Program-made: the position numbers and the translations under genes
Assembly: GCA_965222375.1 (NCBI GenBank)
Contig: CBDCTZ010000015.1
Span: 1,376,001 to 1,440,000 of the forward strand
Source: Polyangiaceae bacterium
GTDB taxonomy: Bacteria > Myxococcota_A > Polyangia > Polyangiales > Polyangiaceae
Direction of reading: 5' to 3'
DNA: 64,000 nt
Shown here: positions 17,607 through 27,266 of the stretch, piece by piece
How positions within the stretch are numbered: the stretch's first letter is position 1
Layout of the letters: each line of letters starts with the position of its first letter
The notes under the pieces: model-generated
Told to the model about the DNA's origin: nothing
The model's database searches: none
Seen by the model: the letters and a program-made list of their open reading frames with translations, nothing else

Positions 17607-19541
17607 CTACTCGCGCGGACGGATCAGTTGGAAATAGCGCTGCACGTAAAATCGGTAACCCGGCGGGATCTGGTCTTGATTCATGACCTGCTCCGCGACG
17701 GTCTTGTAGTCCGTGTACACCTTCTTGTACCCGCGGCCCGTGAAGCCGCGTTCGGATGCACCATAGATGACTTGGCTGGACGCCGTGCCCTCGCCCGTGT
17801 CGGCGGCCGCCGCCGTGACGTCCTTGGTTTGGCCCTTCAAGTTGCTGGCTTCACCCTTGAGGTTCGAGTCGTGGCCGGTCCCCCAGCTCTTTCCGCCTTT
17901 GCCGCCACCAGCGCCAGGCTTGTCGCCACCTCCCTGGCCGCTGCCTTGGCCGGGCATCTGCCCCGCGCCCGGACCCGTGCCCTGACCCATGCCGGGGATC
18001 GGTACCGTTTTGCCACCCGAGCCCTGGCCGATCATCAGGCCCTTACCGCTGCCACCGGGTTGGTTGCCCTGGCCCTTTTGGCCCTTGCCTTTGCCTTGGC
18101 CCTTTTGACCCTTGCCGCCTTTGCCGCCCCGGGCGCGCTGACCGAACTTGAGTAGCCGCTGCAGGCGCTGTTTGCCGCCCTTGCCCTGCTGGCGCAGCAG
18201 CTCTTTCATCTGTTGAAGGCGCTTTCGAAGCTCTTGCTTCTCCTTGTCGGTCATCTCCTCCTGAGCCATGCGGTTGATGTCCTGAGCGGCGTTCTCCAAG
18301 TCCTCCGCTGACAGTCCCAGTTCCTTCATCAAGTCCGCGGCGGCCTTGGCCAACTCGCGATCGAGGCGTGAGAGCTGGCGCTGAGCGCGCTTGGCCTTGT
18401 TCTTCTCACGATTGAGCCGTTCGAGCTGACGCTCCTTCTTGTTGAGCAGCTTGCGGTTGCGCTTGGACAGCCCGCCGTCCTGCTTCTTCTTCTTCTTGAG
18501 CAGTCGCTTCTTTTCTTCCTCGAGCTTCTTGCGCTGCGCTTCAATCCGCTTCAGGCGCTCCGAGCTGTTCTTGCTGGCCTTCTTGAGGGCCCCGCGAAGC
18601 TTGTCCAGCTGAGCCTTGGTGGGCGGGTTCTTCTTGTTCTTGAGTTTCTCGGCGAGCTCCCGCATCGCCTTTTCGGCATCCGCCAGGTTCTTTTCCTTCA
18701 GGCCCTTCGCAATGGGCTTGGTCAGGTCGCTCTTTTCCAGCTCCTTGGCCAGTCCCTTGAGCCCCTCTTGCATGGCCTCCTTGTCGGCCTCGGCACCCTT
18801 CAGCAAATCCCGCTCGAGCTCCTCCAGGCGCTTGAAGACTTCGGTGCGGTCTTGGCGTTGAGCGGCAATGTCTTCGATCAACTGATTGAAGCGACGGATG
18901 GCCGCCTGGACCTCCGGATCCTGGCTGTTCTTCTCCAGGTCCTTGGCCATGTCCTTGAACAAGTCCAAGTCATCGGCGGTCATGACCATGGGTTTGAAGG
19001 TGGGCTCTGGAGGTATTTCGCGGATCGTCCGCACCTCCAACAACGCGATGCCCACCAAGCTGGCGATCAGGAACGCGACGATCGGCAGTTCTCGCGGCAC
19101 GTTGATGGGTGCCGCGCGACGCGGCTTCAGGCCCCGGGCCTTTTCCGTCGCGTCTACAATGGCCGCATTCATCAGCTCCGAGCGCTTGTCCTGTTCAATC
19201 GCAGTGAAGGACAGCGCGCTCGTAAGGCGGTCTGCCAAACCGTGGTGGCGGTCGAGCGCCATGGCGCCCAAGTGCTTTGAGCGCTTCGCGAAGTACGCCA
19301 GCAGCATGCCGGCAACGGGCACCACCAACAGCGCCGCGCCCATGTAGAGTAGCAGCTGCTCTCTCTCGACCCCCGGTCGGGCAGCCTTGATGTAGGTCAG
19401 AACCCCAACCGAGTAGACCAGCGGGACCGGCAGCAGCCCGACGAACCAGCGCAATCCGCGATTCAAGCGCAGCCGGATCTCTGCATGCCGTGCCGCACGG
19501 GCAATCTGTCGCATGCTCTTTTTGAGATTCGGTTCGCTCAA
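17607..19541 (-). CDS. Membrane-anchored coiled-coil protein with Gly/Gln/Lys-rich tail (MoxR-operon partner, DUF4175-like)
   Basis: Three N-terminal hydrophobic segments; LADRLTSAL; long charged helical region; C-terminal IPPGYRFYVQRYF; TTG start. Confidence 0.8.
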   Translation of the reverse strand: MSEPNLKKSMRQIARAARHAEIRLRLNRGLRWFVGLLPVPLVYSVGVLTYIKAARPGVEREQLLLYMGAALLVVPVAGMLLAYFAKRSKHLGAMALDRHHGLADRLTSALSFTAIEQDKRSELMNAAIVDATEKARGLKPRRAAPINVPRELPIVAFLIASLVGIALLEVRTIREIPPEPTFKPMVMTADDLDLFKDMAKDLEKNSQDPEVQAAIRRFNQLIEDIAAQRQDRTEVFKRLEELERDLLKGAEADKEAMQEGLKGLAKELEKSDLTKPIAKGLKEKNLADAEKAMRELAEKLKNKKNPPTKAQLDKLRGALKKASKNSSERLKRIEAQRKKLEEEKKRLLKKKKKQDGGLSKRNRKLLNKKERQLERLNREKNKAKRAQRQLSRLDRELAKAAADLMKELGLSAEDLENAAQDINRMAQEEMTDKEKQELRKRLQQMKELLRQQGKGGKQRLQRLLKFGQRARGGKGGKGQKGQGKGKGQKGQGNQPGGSGKGLMIGQGSGGKTVPIPGMGQGTGPGAGQMPGQGSGQGGGDKPGAGGGKGGKSWGTGHDSNLKGEASNLKGQTKDVTAAAADTGEGTASSQVIYGASERGFTGRGYKKVYTDYKTVAEQVMNQDQIPPGYRFYVQRYFQLIRPRE

Positions 19542-19692
19542 GGGGCTCTCAGCAGTTTCTCTCTTGCTTGACGGTTGTAACGCCGGAAAGTTCCGATTGC
19601 TTTCGGTTCCGACCGAAGTCTCTGGCGCTTATTGGGTCAGTCTAGCGCGCCCGAGCCAACAATGGCAGCGGCCGCGAATTCCGGATCGTAGC

Positions 19693-19725
19693 AAATTCAT
19701 CAATTATTTCAGATATTTACGTAAA
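19693..19725. promoter_or_regulatory. AT-rich element with IHF-like boxes and a palindrome upstream of the MoxR operon
   Basis: catcaattatttc and tttcagatattta resemble WATCARNNNNTTR; palindrome tttacgtaaa at 19716-19725. Confidence 0.3.
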
Positions 19726-19919
19726 CGACTCGGGCCGATGCTGGGCTTGGCCAGAGGTAGCCGGGTGAAGCGGATCGCATGCCCAGTAGTTTGTTGTTGG
19801 GTTTGGGGGTCGCATCCCTGGGGCCTTCCGAGCCACTAATCTCGATCCAGGCCACGCTTTGACATCGGCTCCAGACGGAAAACCGTGACACCTCGGTGTT
19901 CGGGCGTCGGCGAAGCGGA

Positions 19920-20762
19920 CTACTTGCACGCGGGGAATTGCGCTGCGCCGCTGACCTCACCCGCTTCGACATGCTGGATTCCCGTGTCCGTGAGGATGTT
20001 GCCGTACACATCCGTGACGCGAAACGTGTGAGGGCCCGGCCCCATTCCTGAAGCCTCGACGAAGTAGTTGTAATCGAGCCGGGAGACCTCCACGAACCCG
20101 CCGCCTGCAGCTTCATATTCCAACTTGGCGATGCCGTGGCGATGGTTGCGTAGCTGTACGGCGGTCCACCACTGATTCGACCCCTCTTTGAAGCGATATA
20201 CGATCGGCCCGCCAACGTTGCAGGGCACGTACTGCCAAGAGATGGCAACCCGACCCTTGGACAGCTGCGCGATTTTCTCGAAGGCTTCCGGGCTGAGGTC
20301 GATATCGCCCGCGGGGCATTCGGGACAGCGATCGACGATGCGAACGGTGACCTCGCCATCGGGTCCTTTGATCTTGGCGCAAGTGCCGCACGCTCCGGAG
20401 TTTTGGTAGTCGGTGTGGTTCATGGCGCCGACCATCAAGTCCTGCGGCGTGGCGGGGAAACTGCAATTGCCCGAGCCATCGGCAAAGGTGTAGTAGGTCG
20501 CCTCCCCCGTGTGCTGGGGCTCGCCCCCGCAGGCACTGGTGGCACCGGTTCCACCAGCTGCGCTGTTGCCGCCACTCGACATCCCGCCGCTTCCACCGCT
20601 CGAAGCAGCGCCCGTGCCATTCCCGCCGCTGGACGTCCCGCCCGCAGCCGTGCCTCCGCCGGCACTGCCCGCGGCGCCGCCGCCACCGGCCGCCGTGTCG
20701 TCGCTGCCCCCACAGGCAAGCACCAAGGTAGCGGCGGTCACCAGGGATAGCGGGCGCAACAT
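19920..20762 (-). CDS. Expansin-like lipoprotein (EXLX1/YoaJ type; DPBB + CBM63)
   Basis: GEATYY, GACGTC, IVDRCPEC, DIDLS...AFEKIA, KEGSNQWW motifs; lipobox VLAC; Gly linker. Confidence 0.9.
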   Translation of the reverse strand: MLRPLSLVTAATLVLACGGSDDTAAGGGGAAGSAGGGTAAGGTSSGGNGTGAASSGGSGGMSSGGNSAAGGTGATSACGGEPQHTGEATYYTFADGSGNCSFPATPQDLMVGAMNHTDYQNSGACGTCAKIKGPDGEVTVRIVDRCPECPAGDIDLSPEAFEKIAQLSKGRVAISWQYVPCNVGGPIVYRFKEGSNQWWTAVQLRNHRHGIAKLEYEAAGGGFVEVSRLDYNYFVEASGMGPGPHTFRVTDVYGNILTDTGIQHVEAGEVSGAAQFPACK

Positions 20763-21220
20763 GAAGTAAATGCTGTCACGGCTGGTAGTCGTCGTCACCT
20801 ACGCGACCTCGCGTCCAGAGCGATTCCCGGGGCCCCGACCTCGACGCCACCGTGTCGGTAGGGCTGCTCAAAGCCGCCGACCTAGAGACGCGTGACGTGG
20901 GAGCCAATGTGTGAAGTTGCCCACATTGGGTTCGCAGAGTTGCTGGGCGCAGCAAGGAGCCGAAAATCCACGCTGTGGCGTCGGCGTGACCTACTCGGCA
21001 CCACACGAGACCCTCCGTACGGATGGGAAGTGTGGCATTCCATTTTTCGGGAGGTCGTAAGCAGCGACCACCGCGTGGCAGCGGCGTGACGGTGCGGCAC
21101 GTCGTCACCTTCGGGCAGGCCGGAAACTGCGACGCCTGGGCCAAGTCCCGAACCGTGGAACCGATGACGTAGATCTGTGCGGTGCGACCGCTGGACGTGC
21201 CCGTCTCGTTCCTGTTTACA

Positions 21221-21237
21221 CACACGTCTCACGTGTG
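21221..21237. promoter_or_regulatory. Perfect 7-3-7 palindrome, candidate operator
   Basis: cacacgt-ctc-acgtgtg ending 35 bp upstream of ATG 21273. Confidence 0.35.
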
Positions 21238-21272
21238 ATGAGGTAAGTCCCGTTTGATGCGCGGAGGGCACC

Positions 21273-22595
21273 ATGCTCAACGTTGAGGACTTCGGGGCGA
21301 TACACGACGGTGCGGCGGACGACGCCGACGCGATAAGGACTGCCATCAACGCGGGCGTTGCGCAGCGGCAGAACGTGTTCTTTCCCAGAGGAGTCTACCG
21401 GGTCGGTTCCTCCATCCAGCCGCAGCTGGCGGGAGTGCCAATAGCGCTCGTCGGTGAACCCGGAACTACGATCCGCGCGGTTGGTAGCGAGCGACAGTAT
21501 CTACTGTACCTCAAGGGTGCGAGCGCCAACGTCGTGATCCAGGACATTCGTTTTCAGGGATCGGGCGTAGTGAACCAACTCGTGATGGTCAGTGCCGACA
21601 ACGGGAATGCCGGCCCCAGCGTTGCTGCGGAGGTTCTAATCGTGAATTGCGTGTTCGAGGGAGCTGCCGCCACCAAAGACGGAAATGCGCTTTGGGATCT
21701 CGCGGTCGGGCTGCGAATCGAAGGCGCGTACGGTCGCATCCTCGTCCAGCGGTGCATGTTCCGGAACATTTGGGCGCTGCGGGAAGGCGTCTTTGCTCGC
21801 GGACTGCTTGTCAGGTGGCGAGCCAAGGGGGCTAATTCTTTGGTACAGACTCAGTACGCGGTTCTGCGCGATTGCCACTTCGAGTGTGTGCTGACGTTGA
21901 ACCCGAGTAGCAACGACGAAGAGGCCGATGGGGCGTACCTAAACGCCGCGGTCGAGGGCGGCGGCGACTATGCGCTTGCCGGTTCAACCGCCACGATCGA
22001 AGGCTGTCGCTTCGTCAACTGCATGACTCGTAGCGTGAAAGCGCAGGTTGAGCGTATTACTGTCCGCGGCAGCAGCTTCCACCGAAGTGCTTTCGCTGGG
22101 CAGGTTGAAGTGAATGCGCAGTATGGCGGCGCAGTCGTCACCGGGAACACATTCCACTACGAGGATTACGCCGTGTTGTGGGCTATCTCGGCAGGGCATC
22201 GTCCGGAGAACGACAGTTCCCTGATCGTTTCGGACAACATCTTCACTCTGGCCAGAAGCGTTCCGGCCGCGGTCATCGGCTGTAACGACGTTGAAGCCGG
22301 GGACCCCATGAATCGCATCAACATCAGCAACAACGTTGTAATCGGAGAGTGCGCTGCATTCGCGAGCTTCCGCGTGTCCGGCCAAACCGGGAACTCTGCA
22401 GTTATTCATGGGAATACGGTCGACCACTGCAGGGAGTCGTTCATCCACGCGTGGAAGAACCTTCCGCCTTCGTCGCTCTCTGGGACGTTCACCTACAACC
22501 GCGCAACCGGCGGTTCGACGACCTTCATTTCGAGTGGAGAACAGACAACGGTTCGCCCAGATGTAATCGCAGGTAACGTCGGGTTCGTGCCATAG
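21273..22595 (+). CDS. Pectin-lyase-fold parallel beta-helix protein (Pectate_lyase_3-like N-terminus)
   Basis: NVEDFGAIHDGAADDADAIRTAI...VFFPRGVYRV; repeated hydrophobic-x-x-(C/N)-x-F rungs; SD ggaggg; no signal peptide. Confidence 0.8.
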   Translation: MLNVEDFGAIHDGAADDADAIRTAINAGVAQRQNVFFPRGVYRVGSSIQPQLAGVPIALVGEPGTTIRAVGSERQYLLYLKGASANVVIQDIRFQGSGVVNQLVMVSADNGNAGPSVAAEVLIVNCVFEGAAATKDGNALWDLAVGLRIEGAYGRILVQRCMFRNIWALREGVFARGLLVRWRAKGANSLVQTQYAVLRDCHFECVLTLNPSSNDEEADGAYLNAAVEGGGDYALAGSTATIEGCRFVNCMTRSVKAQVERITVRGSSFHRSAFAGQVEVNAQYGGAVVTGNTFHYEDYAVLWAISAGHRPENDSSLIVSDNIFTLARSVPAAVIGCNDVEAGDPMNRINISNNVVIGECAAFASFRVSGQTGNSAVIHGNTVDHCRESFIHAWKNLPPSSLSGTFTYNRATGGSTTFISSGEQTTVRPDVIAGNVGFVP

Positions 22596-22893
22596 TGAAT
22601 GTGAGGCCGGTACCGCGAGTAGCCAGCGGCGGGGGGGCGGCGATCTGATCATGTCGCTTTTCTGACCGCGTCCGCTCTACCTGCATGGACGGAGCATGCG
22701 CAGGACCTCGTCGTGGCAGCCGTGGCCCGTCTGACGCGAGGTCGTGATAACGCGCGAAGGACTCGGGCTCAGCCAATTTCTGCTGGTTCACCAACCAGCC
22801 GAGGGGAGTCTCGTTCTGGACGACGGATAGGCTTGACCAAGCACATACCGTGGTCTCGAATGGGCCGAACCCGACTTTCCGAAAGCTCGCGCC

Positions 22894-23700
22894 ATGCCTA
22901 AGACCGCAAAGACCGTCGTTCTCGTAGCCGATGATGAGCCCAGTACTCGCGCAATGGTGTCCGGCCATCTGCGCGCCAAGGGCTACCAAGTGCATGAAGC
23001 CGCAGACGGTGATGAAGCCTGGACGATGGCTCACGAGCATCTGCCCCATATCGTCGTACTCGACGTGATGATGCCGGGCATGAGCGGGTGGGAAGTGTGC
23101 CGTAAGATCCGCGAAGCGGTGTCCTTGGCGCACACCGGCGTCGTCATGCTCACGGGCATCGGCGAAAATCTCAATGAGATGACGTCGCCGCTCTACGGCG
23201 CCGACGCGTATCTGGACAAACCCTTCGAGTTTTCGAAGCTTGATCGCAAGATCAAAGAGACCCTTGCAGCGCGCAAACCACGCTCAAGCGCCGACTTCGT
23301 CGCGGGGATCGTCGGAGCAGGCAAAGGCAAGAAGAAGGCGGAGCCCAAGGCCAAGGCTGCTCTCAAGAAGAGCGCTGCCAAGAAGGTGACCAAAAAGGCG
23401 GCCAAGAAAGCGGCACCCAAGAAGGCCACGAAGAAGAAGGTCAGTAAGAAGAACGTGGCCAAGAAGGCCGTCCGAGCTGTCGCGAAGAAGGCGAAGAAGA
23501 CCACCAAGCGCGGCGTGAAGAAGGCCGCGGCCAAGAAGGCCGTCAAGCGCGGCGTGAAGAAGGCCGCGGCCAAGAAGGCCGTCAAGCGCGGCGTGAAGAA
23601 GGCCGCGGCCAAGAAGGCCGTCAAGCGCGGCGTGAAGAAGGCCGCGGCCAAGAAGGCCGTCAAGCGCGCCCCGGCGAAGCGCAAGGCGAAGAAGGCCTGA
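22894..23700 (+). CDS. Response-regulator receiver domain fused to a histone H1-like Lys/Ala-rich tail
   Basis: VADDE, LDVMMPGMSG, MLTG, DKPF receiver residues; KKAAAKK-rich C-terminal half. Confidence 0.9.
   Translation: MPKTAKTVVLVADDEPSTRAMVSGHLRAKGYQVHEAADGDEAWTMAHEHLPHIVVLDVMMPGMSGWEVCRKIREAVSLAHTGVVMLTGIGENLNEMTSPLYGADAYLDKPFEFSKLDRKIKETLAARKPRSSADFVAGIVGAGKGKKKAEPKAKAALKKSAAKKVTKKAAKKAAPKKATKKKVSKKNVAKKAVRAVAKKAKKTTKRGVKKAAAKKAVKRGVKKAAAKKAVKRGVKKAAAKKAVKRGVKKAAAKKAVKRAPAKRKAKKA
23506..23667 (+). repeat. 4 perfect 39-bp tandem repeats (KRGVKKAAAKKAV) plus partial copy
   Basis: aagcgcggcgtgaagaaggccgcggccaagaaggccgtc at 23506, 23545, 23584, 23623. Confidence 0.95.
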
Positions 23701-23701
23701 G

Positions 23702-24859
23702 CTATCCAGCGCGGAAAATCGGCAGCGGCCCCGGATCTTCGTCTAGGCGAGCTGCGACCCAGTCCGGGGGCGGCATCTCCGCCAAGGTGAAAGTGATCTG
23801 GCGCGTACGAAAGTGCTCGGACAGGTCGAGGTAGCCCTCGTCGGCCAAGGAGCACAACATGCCGAAGACGTGACTTGGCGTCGAGATGGGATGTGCACCT
23901 GCGCTGCCGATGAATGGGTTCAGATCACAGGCACGAAAGGGCTGTGCCCGACGCGAGGCATCTCCAAGGAAGTCCTCGATCAACACTCCATACAGCCCGG
24001 CGAAGTAGCTCTGCGCGAAGGAGACCCAAGCGAGCGGCCGAGTCACCGCGAACTTGCCATGAGGCGGCAACACTGCGCGAACCTCGTGAGTTTCGAAGAA
24101 CCGCTTCAGCACGCGTACGGTCTGAAGGAATCGCTCGTACGCCTGAGAGTACTCCTGGCCGGCTACGGTGAAGATGGGGATCACGAAGGCCTGGGTCTCG
24201 GGCTTGTCGGGCAATCCCGTACAAATGATGGTGTCGCCTGGAACAGCAACGCCCAAGGCCTCGTCGAAGTAGAGCACGCAGTCCTGGGAATGCCCCGGCG
24301 TGAAAACCGCCAGGATGCCCTGCGGCAACCTGCCCGCATCCACGAAGCTCAAAGCCCGCTTCGGAGTCTTCGCGAAGTAGCCTCGGAAGCGCTTGCGCAA
24401 GGCGCTGCCGATCATGTCTTCTTCTGAAAGGGAGTTGTATTCGATCAGGCCGAAGTGGGCCCGAGTCAGGAAAATCTCGTAGGTCTCGTTGAGAAACGCT
24501 GCTTCGGGATGGGTCAGAAAGCGATAGCCGGCGGAATGCAGAAAGATCGGCGCACGCTCGCCCGGCTGGCGACCGAGCCCCGCGATCATTCCCGCACTGC
24601 CAGCGTGGTCGCCGTGGCAGTGGGTGACGAGCAGCGCATCCAGCCGCTCGACCACATGCGCCGCGAGCGCTTGGCGGATCTCCTGCACGATGTCGTCTCG
24701 CGCCGCGCTGGCCTCGAACAAGAACGTGGTGCCGGCATGGCGGCGGAGCACCAAGTTGATCGTCTTCGGGCTGGGGTAGCCGGACTGAACCGGCAAGATG
24801 TCGATGCTGCTGGCCAGGCCCAGAGACTCGAGAGCGGTCGCGAAGGGCAGCATACTCAA
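23702..24859 (-). CDS. MBL-fold metallo-hydrolase
   Basis: THCHGDHAG; TPGHS; GD; PPHG motifs; start overlaps dinG stop (alternative ATG 24853). Confidence 0.85.
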   Translation of the reverse strand: MSMLPFATALESLGLASSIDILPVQSGYPSPKTINLVLRRHAGTTFLFEASAARDDIVQEIRQALAAHVVERLDALLVTHCHGDHAGSAGMIAGLGRQPGERAPIFLHSAGYRFLTHPEAAFLNETYEIFLTRAHFGLIEYNSLSEEDMIGSALRKRFRGYFAKTPKRALSFVDAGRLPQGILAVFTPGHSQDCVLYFDEALGVAVPGDTIICTGLPDKPETQAFVIPIFTVAGQEYSQAYERFLQTVRVLKRFFETHEVRAVLPPHGKFAVTRPLAWVSFAQSYFAGLYGVLIEDFLGDASRRAQPFRACDLNPFIGSAGAHPISTPSHVFGMLCSLADEGYLDLSEHFRTRQITFTLAEMPPPDWVAARLDEDPGPLPIFRAG

Positions 24860-26901
24860 CCCTCCGCTCCCAGAGCATGCTCCGTGCAGAACTGCTCGAC
24901 GCTTTCCAGAGCGTCCGTTCTGCGTGCAGGGGGCAGTGCACGCAGCAGGCGCTTGCCGTAACCCCGGCGATGCACCCGCTCATCCAACAGCGCAACGACG
25001 CCGCGATCTTCCTTGGTTCGGATCAATCGTCCGAAGCCCTGCTTCAGCGTGATGGCCGCCTGGGGCACGACCAGGTCCATGAATGGATTGCCACCTTCTT
25101 CTTCTAGAGCTCGGGACCTGGCGCCGAGGACGGGATCCGTCGGGACCGAGAACGGGACTTTCTCGAGAACCACCAAGCGCAGAGCGCGTCCGGGCACGTC
25201 CACGCCCTCCCAGAAAGAGAGTGTGGCGACGAGTACGGCACGCCCCGAAGCGCGAAACTCGTCTAGCAGCGCGTTCTTGGGGGCGTCCCCCTGCAGCAAC
25301 ACCGGGTGTTGATCCAAGCTGAGGCGCAGCAGGGCGTGAAGCCGACGCATGGCCCGAAGCGAGGTCGTGAGCACGAAAGCTCCGCCATCAGTGAGTCGAA
25401 CCATTTCGCCAATGCGCTGCGCTGCGCGGTCCATGAACGCGGGGTCCCGGGGTGAAGGCAGGTCCTTGGGTGTGTAGAGCAGGGCTTGGGTCCCGAGCTC
25501 GAAAGGCGTGGGAACGACGAGCTCCGTAACCGCCAGCTCCGGGGTCAGCCCGAGGCGGCGCCGCACGTATCGAAACGCACCGTCCGCTTCGGAGCTGTCC
25601 GTGGCCAGAGTTGCGCTCGTAAGCACCGCCGCGGGTACCGTTTCGAAGATCCGCTCCTGAAGCGTTCGCGACAAATCCACAGGGCGGGACGACAGGGTTT
25701 GGGAGCGCGCGCTGCGCTCCAGGAACGAAACGTAGCCACTCGCTCCATTGGCGATTTCCGAAAGTGCGTTGCGCATCTCGGAGGATCGGTTGGCCACCAC
25801 CTCCAGGGCATCGCTGACGCCACTCGAGTTTCCGCCTTTGCGCTCCAGCTCGGTGGCTGCGCGAACGCAGGCGTCGCCCCATTCCTCCAACGCCGTATCC
25901 AGCGCATGCCAGGCATCCGCCACTGCGCCCACCCACAGGTCTCGTTCCACAAGGACCCGGGTGTCCGGCGGGCCATCGAGCACCCGGGTCAGGGACGTCC
26001 ACATCGCCTCGGACTGGGCGGCCAGGGTTCGAGACAACACATCGGGCTTGACGGCAACGCCCAGCGCTTGAGCCAAGCCCAAGGCGCGGACGCCGTCTCG
26101 AAGCATTGCGTCGATACGACCGCTGCTCACGGAGCGACCGAAGAAGTCCGTCGCAACGCTCTCCAGCTGGTGTGCCTCGTCGAAGATCACGCAGTCGTAG
26201 TTGGGCAAGACCCGTCCCGGGTGCGGCCCCCGCAATGCGAGATCTGCGAAGAAAAGGTGGTGGTTCACGATGAGCAGCCGCGCCTGCTCGGCCTCGCGCT
26301 TCATCTGTGTAACGAAACAATCCGCGTAAAAGGAGCACTTACTGCCGACCCGGGTGTCGCTCGAAGAGGTGACCTCGCGCCAGATGGCGTCGTGCTCCGA
26401 GAGCTCGTGTAGCTCCGAGATGTCGCCGAGGGCGGTCTCTCTGCGCCAACGCTCGATGCTGCCAATGACATCCAGGGACCGTTTGCCGCTACCCCCGGGT
26501 GCGGTTCGCGCGGCGTCGAATCGACGCAGGCACAAATAGTTGGCGAGCCCTTTGACCACCCTCGAGTGAGCGTCGAGGCCGAGGGTCTCGCGGATCAACG
26601 GCAAGTCCCGAGTTGCGATCTGCTCTTGCAGCGCGCGGGTCGCCGTCGATATGAGCACCTTGCGCCCGGACAGGATGGCTGGGACCAAGTACGCCAAGGT
26701 CTTGCCAGTGCCCGTGCCAGCCTCGCATAGCAAGATGCCGTCGTCGTCCAAGGTTCGCTGCACGGCGTCCGCCATGGTCAGCTGACCCGGGCGCGATTCG
26801 TAACCCGCGAATGTCGCGCTGAGAGGTCCCCCCGCCGCTAGCAGCTCGCGCGCCGACCTTCCGGGGTTCGCTTTGACCTCGCTCGGGTGCCCGCTATTCA
26901 C
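24856..26901 (-). CDS. yoaA: DinG/YoaA family ATP-dependent DNA helicase
   Basis: EAGTGTGKTLAYL; DEAH; FWEGVDVPG; KQGFGRLIR. Confidence 0.93.
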   Translation of the reverse strand: MNSGHPSEVKANPGRSARELLAAGGPLSATFAGYESRPGQLTMADAVQRTLDDDGILLCEAGTGTGKTLAYLVPAILSGRKVLISTATRALQEQIATRDLPLIRETLGLDAHSRVVKGLANYLCLRRFDAARTAPGGSGKRSLDVIGSIERWRRETALGDISELHELSEHDAIWREVTSSSDTRVGSKCSFYADCFVTQMKREAEQARLLIVNHHLFFADLALRGPHPGRVLPNYDCVIFDEAHQLESVATDFFGRSVSSGRIDAMLRDGVRALGLAQALGVAVKPDVLSRTLAAQSEAMWTSLTRVLDGPPDTRVLVERDLWVGAVADAWHALDTALEEWGDACVRAATELERKGGNSSGVSDALEVVANRSSEMRNALSEIANGASGYVSFLERSARSQTLSSRPVDLSRTLQERIFETVPAAVLTSATLATDSSEADGAFRYVRRRLGLTPELAVTELVVPTPFELGTQALLYTPKDLPSPRDPAFMDRAAQRIGEMVRLTDGGAFVLTTSLRAMRRLHALLRLSLDQHPVLLQGDAPKNALLDEFRASGRAVLVATLSFWEGVDVPGRALRLVVLEKVPFSVPTDPVLGARSRALEEEGGNPFMDLVVPQAAITLKQGFGRLIRTKEDRGVVALLDERVHRRGYGKRLLRALPPARRTDALESVEQFCTEHALGAEG

Positions 26902-27266
26902 TTCTGAGGAGACGGGTCTCGCGGCGGTGGCGTACCGGTCAAAGGCGTGCCGTCCTCCGCCATGAACTGAATGCCAGCAATCTGACCGTCCGCTTCTTGC
27001 TGGACCCAGACCACCCGCCCCTGATGCCGCGGGTCGTCCTCTTCACCGATATAGACAGAAAACTCTGCTCCGACCGCGACCGGGTCTTCGATCACGATGC
27101 GCACGCCACCGCGGCTGAGATTTAGCGTCCAGCCAATCAGCTCATCTCCAGCAGTCGATTTCAGTACGACGCGTTCAGAAGCTTCACGCCGTGCACCGCC
27201 CGATAGGCGCCGGGTGCCATGAAGCCCCCCCGGGGGCGGCTTGGATTGTCGATCTGATCCAGTCAA
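26898..27266 (-). CDS. PilZ domain protein
   Basis: NLSRGG motif; GRVVWV; GIQF; RxxxR motif degenerate. Confidence 0.8.
   Translation of the reverse strand: MTGSDRQSKPPPGGLHGTRRLSGGARREASERVVLKSTAGDELIGWTLNLSRGGVRIVIEDPVAVGAEFSVYIGEEDDPRHQGRVVWVQQEADGQIAGIQFMAEDGTPLTGTPPPRDPSPQK

Noticed and set aside
21105..21145. Minus-strand ASQFPACPK resembling the expansin C-terminus AAQFPACK
   Set aside because: Similarity limited to about 6 residues and upstream sequence does not align; may be chance
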